Of a DNA stretch of 64,000 nt, positions 27,098 through 39,170 are shown in pieces. Every line of letters starts with the position of its first letter. Position 1 is the stretch's first letter. The DNA comes from Octopus bimaculoides (lineage: Eukaryota). The notes below the pieces were generated by a model. It was not told the origin of the DNA. It was given only the letters and a program-made list of their open reading frames with translations, and searched no databases. Location of the stretch: positions 199,205,348 to 199,269,347 of the forward strand of contig NC_068981.1 of NCBI RefSeq assembly GCF_001194135.2. Direction: 5' to 3'. Made by a program: the position numbers and the translations under genes.

Positions 27098-28294
27098 TGT
27101 AATTGTGAGAGAAGAGTCATATGATCAAACTTTTCTATCAGCAGTGAAAGAAAATGATTTTTTGATCAAAGAAAGAATTTGAAAGAAAGCTTCAACAGTC
27201 AACAGATAAAAAGGAATAACTTGAAAGCCATATGAACTGAATTACACCAACAGTAAAAACTAAATGAATATATTTTACTTAGTTTGCAGTGTGGCAAAAA
27301 AAAAAAAAAAAAGAACTATAGAAATAAAGTTTAGCATGAAAATAAATTTACAGACATGAACAATATTTGGGGAAAAAAATCTGAGGAAACTTATTTTTAA
27401 TCAAAACATTTTATTGTAAATATTCTTTGGTGAAATATAGAGCAAGCCATTCCCTTTTGGATTCTCCTGAATTAGGAAATCAGTTTATAGATTAATTGTT
27501 GGCCAGTGCCAGCAATCTAGGATGAATTATTTTGAAAGATTTTAAAAACGTTTGCGTGTTGTTCTCTTTGCTGAATGTGAGATTGATTTTCATGAAAATG
27601 CAATTTTAGGACGGATAAAACGAGGCCAATATATATAGTGCAGACGTGACAGAAAGCAGTGTTCTATCATTTAACATTAGATTAAATTATTGACTTTTGG
27701 CTATTTGATCTTGATATCTCATCCCAAGAGAAAATTGGTAAATAGACAATAAAATAATATTTTGTAAGAGAAGGTGTCATGACTAAGAAGATATAATGTA
27801 ATCAATCATCTTAGATAAATATAGTCCTACGAAACATTTAACAATCAGTCCAAGTTATAGATTTAATATTGTCTTCCAGCATGGCTATAGTCATTGCAGC
27901 TAAAACAAAGTAAAGAAGCTGATACAGTTGAGTTCTCATTTGTTTATGAATGTTTAATTGGTATTGATTATCTGTGATAATTAATACAACTTAATATGGA
28001 AACCATTGAATGTGTTTCTTAAATGCTATTTTGTATTACAAAACATATATCGAGAGATTTTGTATTACACGACATATAGCTGTGATTTTGTCCCAAACTG
28101 TATGTACCGACTACTATAAACACTTTGTCTTTATATTTTTATGAACAGAAAAGACATTTATTTCTGTGTTAATGTATTTAAGACTATCTATGCATATATT
28201 GTTGGCTAAAGTTTATAGATATATTCAGTAGTACTGTCTTGTGCCTATGCTATAATATTATGTATGTATACACACACACACACACACGTATGTA

Positions 28295-28468
28295 ATTATA
28301 GTTTCATTTCAAGATTTCTTGCCAAAAGAACCAGGCTCTAACCTAGATCTAAGGTTCCTTCATTGGAATTTCAACATCAACAACAGGGTATTTTTGTTGG
28401 TTTGTTTGCCTGTATGTGCAGATTTGTATGTTTTATGTATGTGTTCTCATTCACATAGTTATGTATGT
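28295..28468 (-). mobile_element. Isolated 3' UTR of the second RLE family
   Basis: 'ttcaagatttcttgccaa...ttcattggaatttcaacatcaacaacagggtattttt' matches 11697-12178. Confidence 0.85.
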
Positions 28469-28660
28469 ATGAGGTCTGATCAATAAGTACCTGGACTGTT
28501 GCCATAGTAATGAAGTGAAAGCACACAGAGCGACCTTGACCTCTGTTGTGCATGTGCACTAAGTTTTAACATTCTAACTCATTTCTGCTGTTTACAGCAG
28601 TTATTAGAAGGAAGGTGTGTAGTGTGTGATTGTCACATTGACCATGACAGAGAACGTTGT
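28469..28660 (+). mobile_element. Mariner 5' end (TIR plus start of transposase)
   Basis: TA + 'tgaggtctgatcaataagtacctggactg' TIR-like start and 'ttgaccatgacagagaac' start context (recalled similarity). Confidence 0.5.
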
Positions 28661-28669
28661 CATGGCAAT

Positions 28670-29562
28670 ACCTGCTCAGCAGGTGTGGAAGCAAGGTCTA
28701 GAATCGAAGGTACTTAAAGTTAACCTAGCAAAGACCAAAGTCTTAGTAAGTAGGAAGGCAGACAAATCAAAAATCCCCTCCGGTAGATGGCCCTGCTTGA
28801 TCTGTAGGAAAGGTGTAGGTAGAAATTCTATAAGATGTATCTGGTATAAGCTATGTACACATAAGAGGCGCAGCAATATCAGAGGAAGGTTAATAGGGAA
28901 AATAGTTTTGTGTGGTAGATGGACAGGTACAATCAACACAAAAAAGTTCAGAAAATGGACCCCATCAAATGCCTGGGGGAAGACTAGAAGTAGTTAATAG
29001 TTTCTGTGACCTAGGTGACCAAATCAGTAGTGGAGGTGAATGCTCTGAGAATGTAGCTGCTAGAATGAGAATAGGTTGGGCAAAGTTCAGACACCTCCTA
29101 CCTCTGTTGGTGCAAAGTGAAAGGTAGACTGTATGATGACTGTACAAACAGCCATGCTATATGGCAGTGGAAGGAAACTGTGGAAGGAAACTGTGGAAGG
29201 AAACTGTGGAAGAGGGAGACCCAGGAAGATATGGGATGAGGTGGTGAAGCATGATCTTCAAACATTGGGCCTTACAGAAACAATGACTGAGACTTTTGGG
29301 GATATGTTGTGCTTGAGAAGAAGACCCATCGAGCCAAGTAAAATTACAGTCATGACATATTGGCATCATGCAGACTGACACCCATGCTGGTGGCACGTGA
29401 AAGCACCCATTATACTCTCAGAGTTGTTGGCTTGGGGAAGGGCATCCAGCTGTAGAAATCATGCCAAATCAGACTGGAGTCTGGTACAGCCTTCCAGCTT
29501 GCCGGCCCTGGTCAAACCATCCAACCCATGCCAGTATGGACAACAGACATTAAATGATGATG

Positions 29563-29565
<3 letters not shown>
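28670..29565 (+). mobile_element. RTE LINE 3' part with internal deletion
   Basis: QVWKQGLESKVLKVNLAKTKVL...CRKGVGRNSIRC; 13-bp triplication at 29167-29205; tail. Confidence 0.9.
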
Positions 29566-29607
<42 letters not shown>

Positions 29608-29609
<2 letters not shown>

Positions 29610-30560
29610 TCCCAGAAACAGCTGTAAGACTCTATCCATAAAATGCCTTTCCAACCTTACCATTGCTCTCTTTATCTTTTTATATATTTATACATGCACA
29701 CGCTAATACACGACTTATAATCCCCAATCCTGTTCCTACAACGACTGGGGCAAACTAGTCGGTATACAGCACTTACTCGGTATTACCTATATCCTCTTGG
29801 GTTTGGTTAAATCCAATACCCTCCTCAACCTTATATATTTATATATATATATATATATATTAGTCAACAGATGAGGTCGAGAGATACTCAGTATAGATAA
29901 CACTTTGTAATACTCAAATGATTTGAACTTACAGTCTGGAATCTTTTTCAAGGACAAAGTACACGTGATAAAGAACGGCTACAAGAGGAATCCATGTGAA
30001 ACTAACAATGGAGATAATAATGATGTGAATAAAAAAACAAATAAACATGTTTGGGCTTCATATATAAAATATATACACATAAATACATTTACGAATATAC
30101 AGAGAGAGAACCAAAATCTGAAAATATTCAGGAGATAAGCAAGCATAAAGATCATCATCATAATCATTTATATATTCACAGAACAAATTTACATGGAGAG
30201 TACAAAGATATAGAAAACTAAAGGGAGACGGCAACTGAAGATGGAGCCTTAATTTATGGTAATGTTTATATGCATACACTAGCAGCTGCATATTCTTGAC
30301 TTTTTGCACACTCCATCTGCCAACATTATGACTATTACGTAATTCTGAGCCTCCAGAAACAGCTGTTGGACCTGAAATACCTTATTCTCCCCTCTTAGTT
30401 TTATGTATTTTTGTATTCCATGTAAATTTGTTCTGCAAATATATAAATATCTTTTGGCTTACACACAAATGTTCATATTCCAAATACTTTTAGTTTTTCT
30501 TTCTCTCTAAATCCTTAAATGTATTTGTATATTTTATATATCGAGCCCAAGCATGTTTAT
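29608..30560. mobile_element. Penelope pseudo-LTR-like fragments
   Basis: Two GAAACAGCTGT(A/T) motifs (29615, 30356); flanked by (TA)n; no ORF. Confidence 0.4.
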
Positions 30561-30571
30561 TTGCATCATTA

Positions 30572-30603
<32 letters not shown>

Positions 30604-30609
30604 GGAGCA

Positions 30610-31012
30610 CTAACAGCACTGTCCGAGCATGTTCATTGCCAGAGCAGCTGTCTGGCTTCCGTGCGTAATCGTTACCAGAGTCACCTTCTAGCACTTGTGC
30701 TGGTGGCATGTTAGAAAATCATTCGAGCGAGGTCATTGCCAGTGCCGCTGGACTGGCTCCCATGCAGGTAGCACATAAAAAACACCATTTTGAGCATGGC
30801 CATTGCCAGTACTGTGTGACTGGCCCTCGTGCTGGTGGCACATAAAAGCACCCACTACACTCTCGGAGTGGTTGGCGTTAGGAAGGGCATCCAGCTGTAG
30901 AAACTCTGCCAGATCAGATTGGAGCCTGGTGCAGCCTTCTGGCTTGCCAGTCCTCAGTCAAATCGTCCAACCCATGCTAGCATGGAAAGCGGACGTTAAA
31001 CGATGATGATGA
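30610..31012 (+). mobile_element. RTE 3' UTR with several internal repeat units and tail
   Basis: Closely matches the 26385-26665 and 46140-46508 ends. Confidence 0.88.
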
Positions 31013-31109
31013 GATATATATATATATATATATATATATTACATAGAGAGAGATTAGATATATAGATATTCTGCAGTAGTCTAGTATCTATACTAAAACT
31101 TATACATCT

Positions 31110-31485
31110 ATTATATGGGAAGGTAACAGTGATGGAAAAGGTGGTGTGGGCATGCTGAGGAATGGATGGATAAGGTCATAGTCGTAGTCAGAATGTTCAA
31201 TAGAGTACTTAAGCTTAGGCTAGTTTTGCACAATAGTATAGCTACAGTTATTATATCTGCCTATGCCCTACAAGTGAGCCTGCCAAATGAGCAGAAGAAC
31301 CCCTTTCATGATATTCTTCTGCAGGCTACCTTCAAGACGAGTGACAATGATCTCATCTTCATGGCTGGGGATTTCATTGAGCATGGGGATTTCATAGAGG
31401 CAATGACTAGTGACTGAGACTTTTGGTGATATGCTTTGCTTAAGAGGACCCATCAAGCCAAGTGCACCTATGCCTGTGGCACATA
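31110..31485 (+). mobile_element. RTE copy with the APE endonuclease fragment fused directly to the 3' end (large internal deletion)
   Basis: RVLKLRLVL...IISAYALQV...LIFMAGDF (APE) joined to 'gaggcaatgactagtgactgagac'. Confidence 0.8.
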
Positions 31486-31554
31486 AAAAAAATTTTTAAA
31501 TCAATCTTTGAACGTTGGGCCTGATGGAGGCAAAGTGGTTGAGTTTCTTTCTGG

Positions 31555-31800
31555 CCTGCACCAGACATCTGTGTCTGTTTTGGCAGGATTTTTATGGCTG
31601 GATGCCCTTCCTAACACCACCCACTTGACAGGGTTGGCCAAGTGGTTTTTACATGGCACCAGCACAGGTGGGGGTCATTTTTGGCATGGCTTTTACAGCT
31701 GGATGCCCTTCCAAATGCCAGCCACTTTACAGTGTGGACTGAGTACTTTTCAAGTTGCATCTGCACTGACAGGGTCACCAAGTAAATTTGCTAGACAAGG
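31555..31800 (-). mobile_element. RTE 3' UTR fragment
   Basis: Duplicated 'ggctggatgcccttcc' blocks, as at 20818-21125. Confidence 0.7.
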
Positions 31801-32287
31801 ATACTTTGAGAGGGGAGGAGGAATTGGAGGAGGTGTTTAGAAGATTATATATCCACACCTCACCTTCATTAGGACATAGAGTGACCAGCAGATTTGTTTC
31901 AGTAGGACATAGAGGGACCGGCAGATTTGTTTCATGGTTGTGAAATGAAAAGATTAGTTTGAATGTCACCAATTTCTTTCAAAACTGTGTCATTGTAACA
32001 TCTTTCACCTAATATCACCTTTCAAATAGCCATTATCTTTTAATCTTTAACCCTTTTCTTATTTATCATCAAATCTTTCTGCCCCATACAATATAAATGA
32101 CGGAACAGAGACGTTAACCCTAACCCTTTTGTGTCCCAGCCCTTTCATATAGAATTTCATTTAGTCATTAAGACCTTTGCCTTAGTTTTCTTCTTTCCTT
32201 AATTCTTTCATAAAACAATCCCTGTTTCCAAGTTGAAAGAATGGACAATTTCAATTTTCCTTCTATTCTTCTCAATTATTTTTTCCT

Positions 32288-32686
32288 CTTTTACTCTTTT
32301 ACTTGTCTCAGTCATTTGACTGCGGCCATGCTGGAGCACCGCCTTTAGTCGAGCAAATCGACCCCAGGACTTATTCTTTGTAAGCCTAGTACTTATTCTA
32401 TCGGTATCTTTTTGCCAAACCGCTAAGTTACAGGGACGTAAACACACCAGCATCGGTTGTCAAGCGATGGTGGGGGGACAAACACAGACGCACAAACACA
32501 CATACACATATATATATACATATATACGACAGGCTTCTTTCAGTTTCCGTCTACCAAATCCACTCAAAAGGCTTTGGTCGGCCCGAGGCTATAGTAGAAG
32601 ACACTTGCCCAAGGTCTTACACAGTGGGACTGAACCCGGAACCATGTGGTTAGTAAGCAAGCTACTTTCCACACAGCCACTCCTGC
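32288..32686 (-). mobile_element. Near-complete tRNA-derived SINE
   Basis: Pol III A-box-like 'gtggctgtgtgg' and B-box 'ggttcagtccc', central microsatellite, tail 'caagtaaaagagtaaaagag'. Confidence 0.85.
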
Positions 32687-32699
32687 AGATCATTTGACA

Positions 32700-33700
32700 T
32701 AAATTTCGTTAGTTTTCATATTTTCATCACCTACTTTGGACATTTCAACTGGATTTTCATCCACCACAAACTTCTCTATTTCATTGCATTTAGTGCTTTT
32801 GTAACTTCACATTCAATTATTTGTGGTTTGTCTATATTTTCAATACTGTTATGTCTTTTCATGATTTCATTACAATTTTTCTTTATATTTTGCCCCATTC
32901 TGTCTTATTTCACTTTCTTCTGCCAGAATTTGATTTTGTCTATCTATTACAGTTTAAGGCTGAAGTCTTTGGTCAACTGTTTAATTTAATTACATACTCG
33001 TTTAGGTTGGTGATTATTAAAACCTGATTGAATTTCATTTCAAATTTAGGAAATATATTTAATTATTTTTTCTTGATTGCATTTCAAAATCTAATTTCTG
33101 TAGCTTCACTCTCTGATACTTCATTTCATTGTGGATTCTTGATACCAATTCCTTTCTTTCACAATCTCAATTGCATTTAATGAAAACCATTGAGATTTGT
33201 TTTTCATTTGCATTCTTTTCTTTATCTGCATTTTTCCACGACAATAAACTTTACTGGATTCCAAAGAATTTTGCAGTCATCAGTGAATGTTGTATCATAA
33301 TGTTTGATGCAGCATCACTAATAAAATTTGGTCAAATTTCTTCTAACTTTTCTTTAACTCACTATCTTGTATTTTTCTCCACACTTTAACTTTGGTTTCA
33401 ATTGTGCTGTAAGAACTCTATTATCAGTTCACCAGTCAGAACCTGATAACGTGTTTCTTCAATGAATCATGCCATTTTGGTTTCTTCCAATTTTTACATA
33501 ATCGATTTGATTGCTGTATTTCCCATTTTGAAAAGTCCGAGTAAATAATCACTTTTTATGTAACTCAGAAACTATTCATTATACAAAGACCATTGTCTCA
33601 GTAAAAAAAATCAATCAATCACTGTTCAGTTTCATTTCTGTTGCCAAAACCAAATTTTCCACTTAAAGGGTAACTTCATCTGAAAGATTTCTCCACAAAC
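32700..33700 (-). mobile_element. Old RTE/BovB-like LINE relic (APE C-terminus and linker)
   Basis: Minus strand reads SNQIDY at about 33500-33520 followed by a GSD-like segment; heavily mutated. May continue below the SINE (32000-32280). Confidence 0.45.
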
Positions 33701-33764
33701 TAGTCATTGACAATTCATGTGTATGTATGTATGTTTACATGATATATATATATATATATATATA

Positions 33765-34010
33765 TCATCATTTAACGTCCGCTTACTATGCTAGCATGGG
33801 TTGGACGGTTTGACTGAGAACTGGTAAGGTTTCTACAGCTGGATGCCCTTCCTAGCATGCCAACCACTCTGAGAGTGTAGTTGGTGCTTTTATATGTGCC
33901 ACCAGTATGGGAGACAGTCAGGTGGCACAGGCATCAGACATGCTTGAAGGGTGCTTTTTACGTGCCACTGGCACAGGGGCCTGTCAGGCGGTACTCGCAT
34001 CGATCAGTCA
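33765..34010 (-). mobile_element. RTE 3' end
   Basis: 'catcatttaacgtccgcttactatgctagcatgggttggacgg'. Confidence 0.85.
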
Positions 34011-34608
34011 GGTGGCACTGAGAATCTAGAAAGGAGATCAAAAATGTATGCAGCCTTGACACTAAATACTTACAATCATATGGCCATACAAAATACAGAC
34101 ATGGATACATACACACTTGTTCATATATATATATATATATATACAAATTCATATACCTCACAGTACACACCCTAGATACATATATAAATACACACACACA
34201 CACACATGTATATATATATTTACACACAGAGCAATGGTGGGGCATGCATATCTGATGTGGGATGCTGCTATTTCTTCTTTCATGTGCCATAATGCATGCA
34301 TGTGTATGTGCACATGAACATGCACACATGCAGAGGCATGCATATACTCATGTACCAATCTGATGGTGGAAAACTTTTGTTTGTGGGTCTGATTATAGTA
34401 ATGGTGCCATTAGTATTTCCCTTGCAGTTTCTATTGGATACAGCCTGTCTCATATGTTTGTAGCTTCTGTTTGCCATAATGTGTCATGTGGTTGTGTTGG
34501 TAAAATCTTTAATTCTATATTATTCAGCATGCAGTTGAATTTATCATTTGCAAGTTAATAGAGAACCAATGTAGGCTAATATAGCACTGATGTAGGTTTC
34601 TTATCCTT

Positions 34609-34790
34609 CTGCTCTTGCCAGTGCTCATCTCTGCTCTTGCCAGTGCTCATCTCTGCTCTTGCCAGTGCTCATCTCTGCTCTTGCCAGTGCTCNNNNNNNN
34701 NNGCTCTTGCCAGTGCTCATCTCTGCTCTTGCCAGTGCTCATCTCTGCTCTTGCCAGTGCTCATCTCTGCTCTTGCCAGTGCTCATCTAT
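34609..34790. repeat. 22-bp minisatellite (gctcttgccagtgctcatctct)n containing a 10-N gap
   Basis: About 8 visible units, identical except the last. Confidence 0.92.
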
Positions 34791-35324
34791 GCTCTCAGTT
34801 TTGTTACAAGCTGTTTTCCTTATATAAGTTATAGTGGAATTCTTTTAGTCACCATCCATGCATGTATACTATATTACTAATTTTACAATCTATCTTAGGG
34901 TTCATTTTACTTACTATACAACTGCTATCGTCACAGATGGTCCTGTTGAAAGGATATATTCTACTTATCTGCTACCAAATGAAAATACCTGACTTTTCAA
35001 CTACTTTAATCTGAAATTTGACAAAGTGTTTTCACAAATTTAAGGCTGATTCACCCTTTAGGAGGAAGCATTGACATGCATTACACAGTGCAAGCTGTCA
35101 CTATTATACCAGGAGTCTGCCTCATTTATCTAATCCAAAATTCCTTCTGGTCCCAAAGTCAAATTCTATTGATGCTTCCTAACCTCTTTTTCTTGATTCC
35201 TTTGTGCATTGTTCTTTTGGAGGAAGTCTTGTGTACACTTTGTCATTTTATGGAGTTGGCACCACCAGAGAGACATTATTCATTGCTTTCAATAAGTCTG
35301 ATAAACCATCATCATCCTCATTTA

Positions 35325-36025
35325 ACATCTATTATTCATGCTGGTATGAGCTGGATGTGGGAGCTGGTAAGGCCAGGGGTCATGCCAGGCTGCATTGCCT
35401 GTTTTGGCATGGTTTCAATGGCTGGGTGCCCTTCCTCACACCAACTTCTTTACAGAATGTACCAGGTGCTTTTTATGTGACACCAGCACCAACAGGATTA
35501 CCAAGTAATTTGCAAGACAAAAACCCCCTTCAGCTGGTTAGGCAGCATTAACCTAGGTGATTTGAGATATCGTTTCTGTTGTGGTGGAGAAGTCTTTTGG
35601 AGTGCAGTAAGGTGCCGGATATCTTGGTCTTTTGCTATCTCCTTCATAACGTTCAGCATTTTAAGATCAGGTTTCTATACTTTGCCCCATGTCTTCCGGG
35701 GTCTGCCTCTTCCAAAAGTTCCATCCTCTCTAAGTGATCAGCACTTCTTTATGAAACTGTCCTCATCCATCTGCATCACATGACCAACCCAGAGCAGTCT
35801 TCTCTCTTGCACACTACATCTAATTCCTCTTATAACCAACTTCTGTGTCAATACACCAATGCTCTATCATACGTGCATACCGACACTGCACAACCAGTGG
35901 AGCATACTAGTTTCATTCCTCTTTAGTCTATGCAGGTCCTCTGCATTCAGGGCCCATGTATCATTATCATGCTGCATTGTCGTTTGTATACATGCACATT
36001 ACAGTTTTCCTTTCACTTGGGGAGG

Positions 36026-36060
<35 letters not shown>

Positions 36061-37015
36061 TCCTTTGGTTACCAACACAGGTAAAAGCTCTCTGAATTTT
36101 CTCCATCCTATTCTTGTTCTAGCAATTACACTTTCTGTGCATCCTACCCAACAGCTAATTAGGTTCCCCTCGGTAGCAGAAATTATCCACGACCTCTAAA
36201 GAGCCTCCAGAGTATTTGAGAAAATCTATTTCCTGAGTATCTGTAGTTTTTATGGCTCCCATGCATCTTCCACAGACAAACACTACCTTATCTAATAATC
36301 TTCCTATTATTCCACTGCACCACTTGTGTGTCCATCGCTTGCACTGGATATACCATATTGAATTCCTGTCTACACCTTTTTTCTACATATTGATCAAGGC
36401 CATTTACCTAATGGAAGAAGTGTCTTGTCCATTTTCTTATTTTCTAGAACCTTAGTCTTTGCTAAGCTAACCTTAAAGCCCTTTGATTTCAGGTTTTGCT
36501 TCCACACCTGGGGTTTCTTTTCTAGTTCTGTTAAAGAATCTGCTATGAGAGGAAGATCATAAGCATATGGTTGTTCCCAGGGGAAGCGAGTCTTGAATTC
36601 CTTTGTTTATGGCGTGGAGGACAATGATGATTAAGAAGGGACTGAAAATCGAACCTTGATGAATGCCTACCTTACACTAAGTTTATCACAGTATTCATGA
36701 TTAACTCTCACTTATTGACCGGGCCTCTGTACATGGCCTGTACAGTTTTCACAAGCCACTCATCTATCCCGAGGTTCTTCAAAGCCCACCATATAACACA
36801 GCAGGTTACTCTGTCAAAGGCTTTCTCCAAGTCTACAAATACCAAGTACAATAGTTTAATCTTAGCCAAATACTTCTGCAGTTGTCCGACTATAAATATA
36901 GTATCTGTAGTGATTCTCCCTGGCACAAAGTCAAACTGCATTTCATCTATTCTGATCTGGTTCCTCATTAATTGGGTTATAAATCTTTCTTATTACCTGG
37001 TCTAGCAGTTTGATG
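35325..37015 (-). mobile_element. 5'-truncated RTE LINE (RT to tail)
   Basis: QIRIDEMQFDFVPGRITTDTIFIVGQLQ...FVDLEKAFDRV (ORF 36708-36968). Confidence 0.9.
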
Positions 37016-37044
37016 CTTCTGTATTACTTATATGTATAGGAGTA

Positions 37045-37545
37045 GGCCATGTGGTAAGAAGCTTGTTTCTCAACCACATGGTTCTGGGTTCAGTCCCACT
37101 GTGTGGCACATTGGGAAAATGTTTTCTATGATAGCATTAGGTCAATCAAAGCCTTGTGAATGGATTTAGCAGAAAGAAACAGAAAGAAACCTGTCATATA
37201 TACATATATAACCTCAGAGTGGTTGGCATTAGGAAGGGCATCCAGCTGTAGAAACTCTGCCAAATCAGATTGGAGCCTGATGTAGCCATCTGGTTCATCA
37301 GTCCTCAGCCAAATCGTCCAACCCATGCTAGCATGGAAAGCGGACGTTAAACGATGATGATGATGATATATATGTGTGTGTGTGTTTGTCCCCCTGCAGT
37401 TGCTTGACAACCGATGTTGGTGTATTTACATCCCTGAAATTTAACAGTTCAGTAAAAGAGACCAATAGAATAAGTACTAGGCTTACAACGAATAAGTCCT
37501 GGGGTTGATTTGCATGGCTGCAGTCAAATGAGTGAAACAAAAACA
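37045..37545 (+). mobile_element. tRNA-derived SINE with an RTE 3' end (37215-37367) inserted in its central microsatellite
   Basis: Head with 'ggttcagtccc' and tail 'gcagtcaaatgagtgaaacaa' on either side of 'gagtggttggcattaggaaggg...gatgatgat'. Confidence 0.85.
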
Positions 37546-37548
37546 AGA

Positions 37549-37618
<70 letters not shown>

Positions 37619-37899
37619 CAAATATAGGATAAAATCTTTATGAAAATTTATCAAGTAGTTAGCGTGAAAAAACGTCATAAGGGAAAAATTTATTAATTAT
37701 TCCCTATAAATATATTTATTTATATTAAGGGCATTACTATAGATAAATGCCTCATGCTAGGAGGGACTCTTAAAGTAAAAACTACCATAATAAACACATT
37801 TTACAGAACACAAGGAAATGCAACTCTCGAAGCGAGCCTCTTAAAATCAGACTCAGCTGCATATCATATGATTTCATAATTAGTGCACAATATGCACTT

Positions 37900-39170
37900 T
37901 TTACTCGTCAGTGCAAGCATAAAAACATGCAAAAAAATAAACAAAAATCGACATACCAGACGAACACCCCATGTATCCAGCATAGTACATAGAAATTTTT
38001 TACACTTATATATCTATGTAAGAGGCAGGCTTTTCGAATTGCATAAACCTTGTTATGACATACTTAGAAGTTCAAATTTATGAACATGCCAGACTGAAAT
38101 CTGGTGATAGCTTTCATAAACACCTATTTGTCAACTGGAAATTCTACTTGGATGATTGTTTCATTCTGTGGTCACATAATTTGGATCACCGTAGCCAATT
38201 TACAATGGAATACAGTCAAAAACAGCTACCCTTTTTGGACATCCTAATAAAAAAAAAAAAAGAGATACTAACACTGAAACTGGCATCTACTTTAAACCGA
38301 CGGACTCAAAACAACATCTACTATTTTCTTCCTGCCATCCAAAGCATACTAAAGTCAATATACCTTTTAACTTGGCAAGAAACATTTGCACAATTGTGTC
38401 TAATCCCAAAGTCCAGGAAAATGATTGCAAGAACTTAGAAATATATTATGCAAAAGAAAATATCCTGTCAGTTTAAGCAATAATGGAATAGAATGTGCAA
38501 AAATGATAGACATCCAGGAATTATGAAAAAGAGAACTCCTTGATACATAATGTTTTACCTTATGTATCAACATGAAATCCAAGAAACATGGAAGCATACA
38601 TTATCCATCAGAACATACCCCTTTTGATCAAAAGAAATGTTCATATTTGATTATGAAATGGGGAAACTCACTCACTCACCTGTTATACACAAAGAATGCT
38701 ACTCCTAGACATTAAAACCCACTAGATCCTGAGATCAAATGGAAACTTCCACAGAAAAAAGTGATATTGATATGCTATACTTAAGAAGGGATGAAAGAGG
38801 TAGAAACTTGAGATCAGTGACCTGTGAATGAAAACAGCGCTTGAAACAATTATTAAAAGTAAAAAACAATCTAAATCTCTAAAATGGCTACTTGCTAGCA
38901 CTAAATTACTCACCAAAATTACAATCTAAATAGTAAAAAAAATGTCACCGTCCTAATTGCGGTAAGTGCATCAGACTTATGGAAGGTTCAACATATGATT
39001 TCAAATCAGGGCAAACATTCACCGTAAAGCATTATTTCACCTGTGCATTGAGGAACTTAATTTATATTCTCAAATGCAGTGAGTGCGGTGGGGACTACAT
39101 AGGTCAATCAAGGTTGACTTTGAAGGATAGAATGATAGTACACAGGCAACAGATTACCAATTAGATCTTT
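37900..39170 (+). mobile_element. Penelope-like element: RT and GIY-YIG endonuclease, frameshifted
   Basis: KFYLDDCFI (RT), QLPFLDILI, and FTCALRNLIYILKCSECGGDYIGQS..LKDRMIVHRQQI (GIY-YIG). Confidence 0.88.

Noticed and set aside
32640-32686. tRNA genes at the A-box/B-box heads (also about 37050 and 62850)
   Set aside because: No cloverleaf; each head runs straight into a SINE body
34609-34790. CRISPR-like array
   Set aside because: Contiguous units with no spacers, in eukaryotic DNA
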